A DNA stretch of 64,000 bases from an uncultured Gammaproteobacteria bacterium (GTDB taxonomy: Bacteria; Patescibacteriota; Microgenomatia; Levybacterales; UBA12049). The position numbers were made by a program, and so were the translations under genes. The notes under the pieces are model-generated. The model saw only the letters and a program-made list of their open reading frames with translations. It was not told the DNA's origin and made no database searches. Positions 27,658 to 37,524 of the stretch are shown piece after piece (within the stretch, counting starts at the first letter, position 1; each line of letters opens with the position of its first letter). Location: the NCBI GenBank assembly GCA_964571255.1, contig CAZNAA010000001.1, positions 620,666 to 684,665 of the forward strand, written 5' to 3'.

Positions 27658-30033
27658 TTATTTAGAAATCGTATAGATAATTTCTTCATTCTCAACTGAA
27701 AATACTACCTTACTTCCCCGTTGCAGCATATCTTGCAGTTTCATTTTCGCTAAAGCATCCTCAATCGTATCCTGAATATAGCGTCGTAAAGGCCTGGCTC
27801 CAAACTGATTATTAGCTCCATGTGTAGCAATAAAGCCCAAGATGCTTTGATCAAAGCTAACCAAAAAATCTTGTTCTTCAAGGTATTTTGTTAACGATGC
27901 AAGCATGAGCTTGGTCACTTCTATTTGTTCCTGCGCAGAAAGAGGTTCAAACATGATGACATCATCAAATCGATTCAAAAGTTCAGGAGTATACAACCCT
28001 TGTGTTTGCAAAAATTCTAACAGATCTGTTTTCAACTGTTCTGCTTGAGTTTCTGCTTGAATTTTTTCTCGAATAAATTCTGCCCCTGCATTTGAAGTTG
28101 CAATAATGATTGCATTTTTAAAGGACACAACTCTTCCTAACGCATCTGTTAGTCTTCCATCGTCAAGTACCGGAAGGAGAAGATTTAAAACATCTCTGTC
28201 TGCTTTTTCAAATTCATCAAGAAGAATAAGACTAGAGGGATGATCCCGAACAGCTTCTGTTAATTCTCCTCTTCCATTATTTCCTCCAGGCATGCCAATC
28301 AGTCTCGCAACTCCTTCTGCTCCTCTAAATTCACTCATATCAAATCGAAGCATTTTCCCTTCTCCTCCAAAATAGACTGAGGCTAAGGCTTTAGCTGTTT
28401 CTGTTTTTCCAACTCCGGTTGGACCTAGAAACAGAAACGAAATAGGTTTTTTAGGAGGTTCTATATTTGACCGAATTCGCCTCACTGCCTCGGCAATTGC
28501 CACAGTTGCGTGCTGTTGACCAATAATTCTCTCTTGTAACTTGTCTTCAAGGGACAAAAGAGTTTTCTTTTCTTCTTGGCTTGGAGGAAGAGCCGTCGCA
28601 ACCCCTTTTTGTCCAACCGTTTGAGCAACATCTGATTCTTCTAAGAATTGTACTTGTCTTGTCTGGTGGACCCGTTGCCTGACATATCGGATACTGTCCT
28701 CAAGAAGGTTTATCGCACTTCCCGGAAGAACAACGTCTTGGGCATAAGAATCAGAGAGGCGAATTGATTCACGTAAGGCTTGATAACGGATTTTTACTCC
28801 AGTTCGTTTCTCTAAGTCTTCAACTTTTTCACATAAGATATGGAGTGCCGTTTGTTTATCAGGCTCTGAAATAGTAATAACCGTAAAAGCCTCACGAGCT
28901 GGACTATTTTCTAAGTATTGCTTATAGGCAGCTTGGGTCATAGTTGCAATAACAGGAAGTTTCCCATTTTTTAAATAAGGAAGGAGCGCTTCGGCAATAT
29001 TTACCTGGAAAGTAGGATTTCCCAGAATGTTTTCTAAGGCTGGAATATACAAAAGTACGTTATAAGAATGAGACACTTCTTGAATAATGGTTTGTAGCCT
29101 CGTTTCCAAATCAGCTCTATTAGCTGCTCCTGCCAAAAGTTGTCCTACCATTAACTCCAAAATTCGTCTGAAATTTAACTTTTCGGTAAGATTTCCAGAT
29201 TCTGTATCAAAAGCAAAGGCTTTTATGATACTCTCCTTCCCTACACCAATATCTCCAACCAGTAACACGTTATTATTCTCTGGTTTCTGAAGCGTTCCAA
29301 TTAACTCTTCATATTTTGCCTCTCTACTAAATAAATGAGGCCTTTGATAAGAGGAATAATAAAATTCTTGCGTATACTTTTGCGTTTCTGGGGTCCAGCC
29401 AGAAACTACTGCGTCTCCTATTCCTCTGCCACTGACCCGTACTCGAAACGGTTGTGGGTTTTCTTCTTCTGGATGAGCCATTCGAACCCAAGAGAGAAGA
29501 ACAAGGAGATCCTCTCGTTTTAAGTGGAGATTAAAAAGGGTTTGGCTTTGTTCCTCAATAAGCAACAAATAAGAAGCTAATAAATCCATTCGTAAAATGT
29601 ATTTACCCTTCACTTCTGTTGCTAATTCATAGGCAGTACGTAATAGTTGTTGCTGATCCACAAATATCTGAGGAATCATCTGTTTCTCAACTCCAAACCG
29701 GGTGAGAAAGAACTGCCCTTCAACCGTATTTAAAATATTGATTATTCCCCTTGTTCCTTTTTGATAGGCCAAAAGAGCATCAAGCGTACAACACTGGGTT
29801 AAATCAGAAGGATTTTCTGGAATCGTTTTATCAGGCATCATATGGCCTATTTTTCCAAAAACAAACAGCTCAGACGTAATTAAAAATTGAGTTAAAAAAA
29901 GCAAATAAGGAAAAAGGACTTTAGTCTCCCAAGAAAGATAGGCCAAATAGCTTAGTATTAAGACGCCTACTCCTCGAACAATAAGAAATTGCCAGGAAGT
30001 ATAGACTTGATAAATATGGGCAAAATATTTCAT
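27658..30033 (-). CDS. membrane-anchored Clp/Hsp100 ATPase with degenerate NBD1
   Basis: Two N-terminal TMs. NBD1 has GDIGVGKES but Walker B LLYIPALE. NBD2 has [27 protein letters not shown] and GARPLRR. Confidence 0.88.
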   Translation of the reverse strand: MKYFAHIYQVYTSWQFLIVRGVGVLILSYLAYLSWETKVLFPYLLFLTQFLITSELFVFGKIGHMMPDKTIPENPSDLTQCCTLDALLAYQKGTRGIINILNTVEGQFFLTRFGVEKQMIPQIFVDQQQLLRTAYELATEVKGKYILRMDLLASYLLLIEEQSQTLFNLHLKREDLLVLLSWVRMAHPEEENPQPFRVRVSGRGIGDAVVSGWTPETQKYTQEFYYSSYQRPHLFSREAKYEELIGTLQKPENNNVLLVGDIGVGKESIIKAFAFDTESGNLTEKLNFRRILELMVGQLLAGAANRADLETRLQTIIQEVSHSYNVLLYIPALENILGNPTFQVNIAEALLPYLKNGKLPVIATMTQAAYKQYLENSPAREAFTVITISEPDKQTALHILCEKVEDLEKRTGVKIRYQALRESIRLSDSYAQDVVLPGSAINLLEDSIRYVRQRVHQTRQVQFLEESDVAQTVGQKGVATALPPSQEEKKTLLSLEDKLQERIIGQQHATVAIAEAVRRIRSNIEPPKKPISFLFLGPTGVGKTETAKALASVYFGGEGKMLRFDMSEFRGAEGVARLIGMPGGNNGRGELTEAVRDHPSSLILLDEFEKADRDVLNLLLPVLDDGRLTDALGRVVSFKNAIIIATSNAGAEFIREKIQAETQAEQLKTDLLEFLQTQGLYTPELLNRFDDVIMFEPLSAQEQIEVTKLMLASLTKYLEEQDFLVSFDQSILGFIATHGANNQFGARPLRRYIQDTIEDALAKMKLQDMLQRGSKVVFSVENEEIIYTISK

Positions 30034-30377
30034 ATGGCAGATACGATACTCATGATAACAAGAATGGTAACGACAAAAGGAAATCCAATAATAAAACTCA
30101 AAAGGAGTAGCTCAATAAAAAGAATCGGAAGCATCAGAATAAGCCACGTTAAAATAATACATAGTTTCACAAAAATTCCCATCACAATAGAGAATCTCAC
30201 AAGTCCTTCTCGATATTCATTTTTAATTGGTTGAAAAAAGGTTTGGAGAAGCATTTTTATGGAGAACATATGCATAAATGCCTTATTAAATGAGAGAAAA
30301 AAAAGTACTGCTTCTCGAGGTACTTCAATAAACCAAAAATGCAGAAAATAAAGAGGCAAAAGGGAGATATGTGACAT
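30030..30377 (-). CDS. small integral membrane protein
   Basis: 115-aa hydrophobic ORF (HFWFIE.P, LLQTFFQP.KNE). Its stop overlaps the next start (ATGA). Confidence 0.7.
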   Translation of the reverse strand: MSHISLLPLYFLHFWFIEVPREAVLFFLSFNKAFMHMFSIKMLLQTFFQPIKNEYREGLVRFSIVMGIFVKLCIILTWLILMLPILFIELLLLSFIIGFPFVVTILVIMSIVSAI

Positions 30378-30415
30378 GCTTTCAGTCTAAAGGGTTTTTA
30401 ATGGGTTTGCAATTT

Positions 30416-33226
30416 CTATGCAGCTGCAGAAAGTGTCGCACCCGTTGCTGGAGGTTTCGGAGCATCAGGCTGTGACTGATTAAACTCTTGCGTCGGTGGT
30501 AAATTCCACCCAGAAGAAGAAGCAGCAGGAGGAGGAGGTACAGCTGATACAGGGGATGAACTCATAACTGGTGCACCTTCAGTTATTGGAGGCAGCGATG
30601 ATACAGGAGAAGGGGTAGAAGCGAGTAGAGACGGAGGTACCTCTACTGGAGGCATTTGAGATGTGTCAGCAAGATTCTTTTCACTCATTGGATCAATTTC
30701 ATCTAGTTTTGCATCAGGAGTTGGAGGGATTTCTTCTCCTTGAACAGGAGAGGCATCCGGTTTTGCACCACCTGCACTAGCAGAGCCTTTAGCAAAGGTG
30801 AATTCTGATTTTGTAGCGTCGTATCCAACTAAAATAACATCAGGTGAGGCAAATGTTTTCCCAATAAGCTTGACTGCGATGGGATTTTCAATAGAGGTTT
30901 GAATCAACCGTCGTAACGGACGAGCTCCATAGACTGGATCATATCCTTCCTTGGCAAGCTCCATGAGAGCAGATTGGGTAATTTGGAGATCAAGTCCTTG
31001 CTCTTGAAGCAGATGGGCTGTTTTGGCAATATTATTTTTGGCAATTGAGGCCATATCAGCTTGTGCTAGAGGCTTAAAGACAACTACTTCATCAAATCGA
31101 TTCAAAAGCTCTGGCTTGAAAAACTTATGCAACTCATCAGAAAGAAGTGAATTAAGGTCTGCAAAGTCTTTCTGATACTCCTCCTCAGTTGCATGAGGTT
31201 TGCTCATTTGCTGCTGGATCAAAGCACTTCCGATATTTGAAGTAGCAATAATAATGGTGTTTTTGAAAGAAATAGTATTTCCTTTGTTATCCGTAAGTCT
31301 CCCATCCTCAAGCAGTTGCAGTAAAATATTAAAGACATCAGGATGGGCTTTTTCAATCTCATCAAGAAGCACAATGGAGTACGGTTTTCGTCTTACTGCT
31401 TCTGTTAATTGACCACCCTCTTCATAGCCAACATAGCCTGGAGGAGCTCCGATAAGCTTGGCTACTTCATGTTTTTCCATATACTCACTCATATCAAGTC
31501 GAACAAGTGCGTCTTCTTTGCCAAAAAGAATTTCAGCTAGGGTCTTGGCCAACTCTGTTTTTCCAACTCCAGTAGGGCCGAGGAAAATAAATGAAGCAAT
31601 CGGACGAGTAGGACTTGCGAGTCCAATTCTTCCTCTTTGAACTGCCTCTGTTACTGATTGGACAGCTTCTTCTTGCCCAATAAGACGTTTGTGGATAAGC
31701 TCAGCCAAGTGAAGTAGTTTTTCTCCTTCATCTTCAGTCAATTTAGTAATAGGAATCCCTGTCCAACTACTTACAACCTTTTCAATATCTGATTTGACTA
31801 CTGCTGTATCTGTTTTTTTACCTGTTGAGTGTTGCAGCTTAACATCTGCTGCAGCCTCATCCATCAAATCCACTGCTTTATCTGGCAAAAATCTCTCTCC
31901 AATATATTTTTTTGACAAATGGACTGCGTCTTTTAAGGTTTCATCTGAAAAAGTCACACTATGAAACTTCTCATATTTTGGCTTAATGATTTGAAGCATC
32001 TCAACTGCAACTTCCTCAGTTGGTTCGTCAACTATAATTGGCTGAAAGCGTCTTTCAAAGGCTTTATCCTTTTCAAAATGCTTCCGATACTCACTGGTTG
32101 TTGTCGTTCCAATAAGCTGCAACTGTCCCCGAGCTAGATAGGGTTTAACAATATTTGAAGCATCCAGTGCTCCTCCCTCATCTCCTGCTCCAATAAGAGT
32201 ATGAATTTCATCAATGAAAAGAATGATCTCTCCACTCGCCTCAATGGTTTCTTTAATAACATCTCGAAGTCTCTCCTCAAACTCTCCCCGATGAGATGCT
32301 CCGGCCACAAGAGAGGCAAGATCCATTTGAATAATTCTTTTACCTGAGAGATCTTTTGGAGCAGTTCCTCCCACAATTGATTGAGCAAGGCCTTCAACAA
32401 TAGCCGTCTTTCCAACTCCTGCCTCTCCAATGATAATAGGATTATTTTTCGATCTTCTGAGTAAAATATGCACCATTCGCTCAATTTCTTTATCTCGTCC
32501 TGCAATCGGATCTAATTTTCCGTCTTTGGCTTGTTGAGTGAGATCAATTCCATATTTCTCCAAAACTGATTTTTTTCCCGTGTGATAGGTGGGATTTTTA
32601 GCAAGAGACTGAACAAGCTTATCTTTTTGAATTCCCTTCTCACTGAGTGCTTTATTCATCGATTCCAAAGAGGCAAGAGCTACGAGGAGATCTTCAGGTG
32701 AGATAAAGGCAACTCCTCGTCCTTTCACGTCCTTATATGCAGCATCAAAAACTGATTTGGTTTGATCACTCAGTTTTGGCTGCCCTGAAAAATTCCCTGG
32801 AATTTGTTTCGCTTGGATTTCTTTAGAAAGGGCTCCAACATCTACTGATTCTTTTTGCAAAAGAGCAAAAATTTCTTGATCAAAAAGAATTCCATATAAA
32901 AGCAAATCTGGCTCAATCTTTTCTTTTTTCAATCTTGTTGCTTCTTCTTGAGCATGGGTCAAGGCTTGGGAAGATCTCGCATCTAGATGAGAAAGAACTG
33001 ACATGTCTTGCTTGGTTGCAGGATCTAAGGAAGAAGACGTTGAGGCAACAGGTGTTTGTCCTATAGGAGCTTCTGGATCAAGAGGAGTTGGATCATTAGG
33101 AACAGGAGATACAGGCGTACTCGTTGCACCTGAAGAAGCTAATGGAGCTTGAGGTACAGGAGTAGCTACTGGCTGAGCAGATGGTGTTTGTCCGTCTTCT
33201 GGTTTATGAAATAAATTACCAAACAT
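30416..33226 (-). CDS. ClpA/C-type Hsp100 ATPase with Pro-rich termini
   Basis: Clp N-domain, [63 protein letters not shown]. No M-domain coiled coil and no IGF/L loop. Confidence 0.92.
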   Translation of the reverse strand: MFGNLFHKPEDGQTPSAQPVATPVPQAPLASSGATSTPVSPVPNDPTPLDPEAPIGQTPVASTSSSLDPATKQDMSVLSHLDARSSQALTHAQEEATRLKKEKIEPDLLLYGILFDQEIFALLQKESVDVGALSKEIQAKQIPGNFSGQPKLSDQTKSVFDAAYKDVKGRGVAFISPEDLLVALASLESMNKALSEKGIQKDKLVQSLAKNPTYHTGKKSVLEKYGIDLTQQAKDGKLDPIAGRDKEIERMVHILLRRSKNNPIIIGEAGVGKTAIVEGLAQSIVGGTAPKDLSGKRIIQMDLASLVAGASHRGEFEERLRDVIKETIEASGEIILFIDEIHTLIGAGDEGGALDASNIVKPYLARGQLQLIGTTTTSEYRKHFEKDKAFERRFQPIIVDEPTEEVAVEMLQIIKPKYEKFHSVTFSDETLKDAVHLSKKYIGERFLPDKAVDLMDEAAADVKLQHSTGKKTDTAVVKSDIEKVVSSWTGIPITKLTEDEGEKLLHLAELIHKRLIGQEEAVQSVTEAVQRGRIGLASPTRPIASFIFLGPTGVGKTELAKTLAEILFGKEDALVRLDMSEYMEKHEVAKLIGAPPGYVGYEEGGQLTEAVRRKPYSIVLLDEIEKAHPDVFNILLQLLEDGRLTDNKGNTISFKNTIIIATSNIGSALIQQQMSKPHATEEEYQKDFADLNSLLSDELHKFFKPELLNRFDEVVVFKPLAQADMASIAKNNIAKTAHLLQEQGLDLQITQSALMELAKEGYDPVYGARPLRRLIQTSIENPIAVKLIGKTFASPDVILVGYDATKSEFTFAKGSASAGGAKPDASPVQGEEIPPTPDAKLDEIDPMSEKNLADTSQMPPVEVPPSLLASTPSPVSSLPPITEGAPVMSSSPVSAVPPPPAASSSGWNLPPTQEFNQSQPDAPKPPATGATLSAAA

Positions 33227-33263
33227 AGTTCCATTATGGACATAAGTTTTGTCAAAAAGCAAC

Positions 33264-36200
33264 TTATAACCTGTCTTCACTTACAGGAGCTTTTTCCTCT
33301 GTTTTACTTGGTGGAATCTCTTCTTTTATCTCCATGTGTTGCACCTTCATCTCAGGCTTTTTCTCGTCACGTCTGGCAGGAAGTTTTGATTCTTCCTCTT
33401 GCTCTTTTTTATCGACATCCTCAAGTACATCTTTGGCTGCTTCTTGTTTGGCCTTCAAATAGCCAACAATTTCTGTTTGTGAGAAGCCTCCAATAAGAAG
33501 GAACGGCAGAATACCTGATACTTTTTTCATTCCTTCCTGTCTTTTTTCATTGACTGGAGAGGAAAGAAGGTTAATGGCCTCAGTAATCTCTTCAATATCT
33601 TGACTGATAAATTGAGCCTTTGGTACTTTTTGTCCTTGTCTAATTGGTTCATCGAGATTTTCATAGTTTTCCTTCCAGATTTTTTTGACTGCTTCATAAT
33701 CCTCAAGTGAGACGTTTTGAACTCTATTCACAACGGGGAAGGAGACATCTTTTTTAATCAGTGAGGTATTGGGTTTTTGCTGGCGTTGTTTGACCAACAA
33801 ACTATAAATAAATCCAGCTAACTGATCACCCTTGTCTTTGGCCTTTACTAGTTCCTCTTTGACTTTCTCAACGGTAACTACAGGCTGTACAGGTGTAACC
33901 GTTTGGATAAGTTGAGTAGCAAAAGGTGTTTGTTGTTGAGCCTCAAGACGGATTTGTTGGGTGAGATTAAAGACTGTTTCTTTACTCGCTTCTCCTCTTC
34001 CCTCAATCATATCCAAAAGTTGCGTGGCAAGTTTGTTGCCTTTTACTTGCTCTTCTTTAATAAAGGTAAGAAGTACTGTGTAGGACTCTTTCTCTTTTTG
34101 ATCAGTAATAAGCTCTGGTTTAAGAAGTTTCTCAACAATCTCTGTAACTTTTTGTGACTGAACTGGAGCAGGAGTAGATTGGACAGGAGTAGTTTGTTTT
34201 TGAACAAGTGTAGAAAGAACCGATTGGAGAGTTGTACTTCCTCGTACTTCTTTTATCGTTTGAGTTACTTGCTTAATCAGATCTTGCGTAATATTTTGAG
34301 GTGATTGGAGAATAGGGAGAAGTTGAGTAGCTAACTGATCACCTTTTTGGGCATCTTTGACAATCGTTTCTCGAATAGTCATAGCTGTTTCTTTTTCTTT
34401 TTGAGGAAGCAAATCAGGTTGAGCTAGGTGTTGGATAAAGGTAGCAACATGATTTTCTGTAATTTCCGTTGTCCCTTGTTGCAAATACGTATTGGTAATG
34501 TAGTTTACAACTGATTGATCTGTTTTATTAACTTGGCTCATTTGCTGAGTGAGAGAATTCATAACAGATGGAGAAAGAGATTGCGTTTGGGTAATAAGTG
34601 AGAGCAGTTGACGAGCTAGTGGAGTACCCAACACTGCTTCTTTCGTAATCGTTTCTTTCAAAACTTCTATATTTTGCTTGTCAGAAATGTTGGTAATCAC
34701 CTCAGGATGTGCGAGTTGGTTAATAATAGTAGTTAAGGCTTGCTCTGTTGAAACAGCTTGGGTACTACTCGACTGATCAGTTTTGGAGGAGATATATTGA
34801 TTAAGAGTTGTGGCAAAAGAGTTTCCCGCAACAGATTGCTGGCTTACGGTCTCTTTGACTTTCTCATAGACTGTTTTTTCGGTTATTTGAGTAACTCGCT
34901 CAGGTGTTGCAATGTTATTTAAGATATTAATTAACACTGGTCTGTCGTCTGAAACAGTAACAGGAGTTGAAACAATAGCACTGGATGCTTGCAATACGAC
35001 ATTGGCAAATTGATTCCCTCTTTGACTTTCATTTCTTAACGTCTCTCGAATCCTTTCAAATTGTTGTCTTTCAACAGGAGTTCTAGCCAGTTGAGGATTT
35101 GAGATTTGTTGGAGATTTTGAACAGACACAGGAGTACTCGTTTGCGTTGTTGTTGTCGTTTTTATTTGATTAGTATCGAACATGGCAATATCTCGCATAG
35201 TAGGAATTGCTACTTGGATTTGTTTGAGAACTTCATTTAACCTACTCACCTCTGTACTTCGAATAACAGGAGTTGATTGCTGCTGTTGCACTGAAACCGT
35301 TTGTCTTAATGGCCTTGCTTGAGGCAGTGACTTGGCCTGAGAGGCTGGAGTAACCGATTGAACGATAGGTTCTGAGAAAGGAAGTTGCAGCTTTCGTCCA
35401 AACGGCAAACTGAGAGCCTTTCCAGTTGGGAAGGAAGGAGGAGTAGGTGGAGGTGGTGGAGATAGTGGTTGACGATTAAGCATAGTATTTGAGAGAGCAA
35501 GAAACTGCTTCATTCCTGGAGCATCATTTAAAGCAAGACTAAATAGATAATCAAGAAAAATACGAAGCAAGATAAAGGGCAAAATCATAACAGCCCACAG
35601 CATCATGAGACAAATAGTGTAGAGAGCAAACGTTTCAGGAAGATTCACGCTACTGGCAAGACCAATAGCTTGTCTTGGTCCTCCTAGTAAAATATTCACT
35701 GCTGTTTGATAGACAGGAGTTGCCGTTTTCGTAACAATAGTTCCTGTTGGTTGATAAGAAAAAAGCGGAATGGTTGATTGCCACAAAGAGACAAGTCCTG
35801 CAAGGAGTACGGCAAAAAGAGGGCCATATAATACCCACCGGAAAAACTCCCCTATCCAAATTTTAGCGGTATTTCGAATCGGCCAGTAGAAAAGAAGCAG
35901 AGGGAAAATGGGAGAGATAATAATAAAAAACCACAATACTATTTTTCGAATAATAAGCATGGCAGCCATGGCATAATAGGTAACTGCAGTAAGTCTGGTT
36001 AAAAGAAGCGTCATGAACGCTGACTCATCAGTAAAGGAGTCTACTCGCTTGTACCCGATAAAGTCTTCATATTTAAATGCAATATTTAGCAAATTTTCTT
36101 GACTAATTGTTTGACGCACTGCAGCAGTGGCGGGATCTGGATTTCGCAGGAAAAACCCTTGGGTAATATCAGTTAGTTGATAAATGATCTGGACCATTCC

Positions 36201-36584
36201 AAATGAAAAGGTGACTAGAAGTAAAATTCCCACAAAGCGGGGAATAAATTTTTGCAAGCTAATATTACTTCCCCTAGTTATGAGCATCAAAAACGCTGTT
36301 GAGAGAATAAAGAGAGCAAAGAATGCATAGACAAGATTTCTGATAATAATCCAGAAAGGAATGAGAGGGTTTCCTTCGTTGCCTAACTGCACCCATTTGT
36401 AGTTTTCCAACGTCCAATCCAAAAACGCTCCAGCTCGTGCAGCTGTTTTTCCAACAAAGGTTACTTCATTATCAACAACCCACGTTCCAACTAAGTCAGC
36501 TGCAAAAATATGAGAGGGAACAAAGAACAAAAGAATACTAAAAATGGTAAGAAAAAGAAGAAAGTTGGGCAGCAAGCGTTTCAT
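33264..36584 (-). CDS. large polytopic membrane protein with ~50-aa helical repeats (N-terminus VirB6/TrbL-like by topology)
   Basis: Signal peptide, about 6 TM segments in the first ~350 aa, a Pro-rich linker, and a repeated C-terminal region. Confidence 0.75.
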   Translation of the reverse strand: MKRLLPNFLLFLTIFSILLFFVPSHIFAADLVGTWVVDNEVTFVGKTAARAGAFLDWTLENYKWVQLGNEGNPLIPFWIIIRNLVYAFFALFILSTAFLMLITRGSNISLQKFIPRFVGILLLVTFSFGMVQIIYQLTDITQGFFLRNPDPATAAVRQTISQENLLNIAFKYEDFIGYKRVDSFTDESAFMTLLLTRLTAVTYYAMAAMLIIRKIVLWFFIIISPIFPLLLFYWPIRNTAKIWIGEFFRWVLYGPLFAVLLAGLVSLWQSTIPLFSYQPTGTIVTKTATPVYQTAVNILLGGPRQAIGLASSVNLPETFALYTICLMMLWAVMILPFILLRIFLDYLFSLALNDAPGMKQFLALSNTMLNRQPLSPPPPPTPPSFPTGKALSLPFGRKLQLPFSEPIVQSVTPASQAKSLPQARPLRQTVSVQQQQSTPVIRSTEVSRLNEVLKQIQVAIPTMRDIAMFDTNQIKTTTTTQTSTPVSVQNLQQISNPQLARTPVERQQFERIRETLRNESQRGNQFANVVLQASSAIVSTPVTVSDDRPVLINILNNIATPERVTQITEKTVYEKVKETVSQQSVAGNSFATTLNQYISSKTDQSSSTQAVSTEQALTTIINQLAHPEVITNISDKQNIEVLKETITKEAVLGTPLARQLLSLITQTQSLSPSVMNSLTQQMSQVNKTDQSVVNYITNTYLQQGTTEITENHVATFIQHLAQPDLLPQKEKETAMTIRETIVKDAQKGDQLATQLLPILQSPQNITQDLIKQVTQTIKEVRGSTTLQSVLSTLVQKQTTPVQSTPAPVQSQKVTEIVEKLLKPELITDQKEKESYTVLLTFIKEEQVKGNKLATQLLDMIEGRGEASKETVFNLTQQIRLEAQQQTPFATQLIQTVTPVQPVVTVEKVKEELVKAKDKGDQLAGFIYSLLVKQRQQKPNTSLIKKDVSFPVVNRVQNVSLEDYEAVKKIWKENYENLDEPIRQGQKVPKAQFISQDIEEITEAINLLSSPVNEKRQEGMKKVSGILPFLLIGGFSQTEIVGYLKAKQEAAKDVLEDVDKKEQEEESKLPARRDEKKPEMKVQHMEIKEEIPPSKTEEKAPVSEDRL
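33800..35125 (-). repeat. degenerate ~50-aa protein repeat (5 full and 2 partial units)
   Basis: Consensus I..lA.Pe.i....EK.....i.Eti..e...G...A..ll, for example IINQLAHPEVITNISDKQNIEVLKETITKEAVLGTPLARQLL and FIQHLAQPDLLPQKEKETAMTIRETIVKDAQKGDQLATQLL. Coordinates are approximate. Confidence 0.8.
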
Positions 36585-36702
36585 ACTATAAATTCATAAA
36601 AAGAGTAGACAGAATTACCTATCTCTCCTCTTGTATAGTAGCATATTTACTGACTCATATTGGAATAGATATTTAACAAATTGTGGATGAAAAAGAGATT
36701 CA

Positions 36703-36733
36703 GGTATCCCGCTGCAGTTAGCAGCGGAATACC
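36703..36733 (-). other. GC-rich 3' hairpin of cassette B without an immediate U-tract
   Basis: GGTATTCCGCTGC-TAACT-GCAGCGGGATACC followed by TGAATCTC. Confidence 0.65.
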
Positions 36734-36765
36734 ATACTCTTGCGATGATAGTGTGAAGGAGTAGT

Positions 36766-36912
36766 CTACGGTAGCCTGCATCTCCCACCCAATGGAATCA
36801 TGCCCCCAGCGTTTACCCACCCTGAGGCGCGTAGTCGCTTTGCAACCGCCTGCTCGTCTTCTTCTTTGGTACGGGCTTGACATGATCTCCATCCTTTCTT
36901 GTTGTTAACCAT
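36766..36912 (-). CDS. possible 48-aa second gene of cassette B
   Basis: MVNNKKGWRSCQARTKEEDEQAVAKRLRASGWVNAGGMIPLGGRCRLP. Its ATG overlaps the upstream stop by 8 nt and it ends about 30 nt before the 3' hairpin. Alternative frames exist. Confidence 0.35.
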   Translation of the reverse strand: MVNNKKGWRSCQARTKEEDEQAVAKRLRASGWVNAGGMIPLGGRCRLP

Positions 36913-37276
36913 TTATCTGCTCGTCGATCATCGAGAGCAGCAGTTCGCGGACATTGTCCTCCGCTAACAACCGTCGGAGAGCAAGCCTCGTGATAGCACC
37001 CTTGAAGGCCGAGAGAAAGATCTCGATGATAGCGTGTTCGTGTTGGGAAGCAAAATTGTGTTTTTTTTGCTTCGCCAAATCCTGCCACCTCGGATAGTGG
37101 GGGCGTTCGTGGGGGAAGAACTTAACAGTCTTTTCCCCCCAGAAACGCCACCTGGGCCTGCGATGATCTACCCTATTGAACTTATCCCACGTTTCTATTG
37201 GAAGTAAGTCCACAAGTGCTACAACAAACGCTGTAGTATTGTTTTTGAGGTCGATTTGAGAATCTAGGATTTCCAT
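36905..37276 (-). CDS. GC-rich orphan protein (123 aa), cassette B
   Basis: GCAGGAGG lies 5 nt before ATG 37276. Composition is more GC-rich than the flanks. No recognisable motif. Confidence 0.65.
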   Translation of the reverse strand: MEILDSQIDLKNNTTAFVVALVDLLPIETWDKFNRVDHRRPRWRFWGEKTVKFFPHERPHYPRWQDLAKQKKHNFASQHEHAIIEIFLSAFKGAITRLALRRLLAEDNVRELLLSMIDEQING

Positions 37277-37511
37277 TTTTCCCTCCTGCCCTCCTACCAC
37301 TGGTACATCCAGTAGTATTGAAGCAAGTAAAAAGAAAAGAAATTAATTCCTTCCCTCTTTCCTTGCTTCAAAAGATAACAGAGATTACGTTTCACAACTA
37401 TTAATGTGCAAGAGAATTAAAATATTCTAGGTTCTACTAGATTTCTGCATTCAGAAATAAGTTGAATCTAAAAACTGAGAAGATTATAAGATAAAAATAG
37501 AGAGATTGCAA
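37277..37511 (-). promoter_or_regulatory. sigma70 promoter and structured 5' leader of orphan cassette B
   Basis: TTGCAA (37511), 17 nt, TATAAT (37488-37483). Hairpins at 37458-37441, 37371-37318 (24 of 25 pairs) and 37317-37295, then the SD. Confidence 0.7.
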
Positions 37512-37524
37512 ACTATGGGGTTGA

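Noticed and set aside
36598-36643. Possible leader terminator before the 1106-aa gene
   Set aside because: The stem is weak and interrupted, and the candidate -10 (TACTAT) is so close that only part of it would be transcribed.
36647-37088. Alternative 81-aa and 91-aa ORFs in cassette B
   Set aside because: One runs through the 3' hairpin and the other overlaps the main ORF out of frame. The 81-aa frame cannot be fully excluded.
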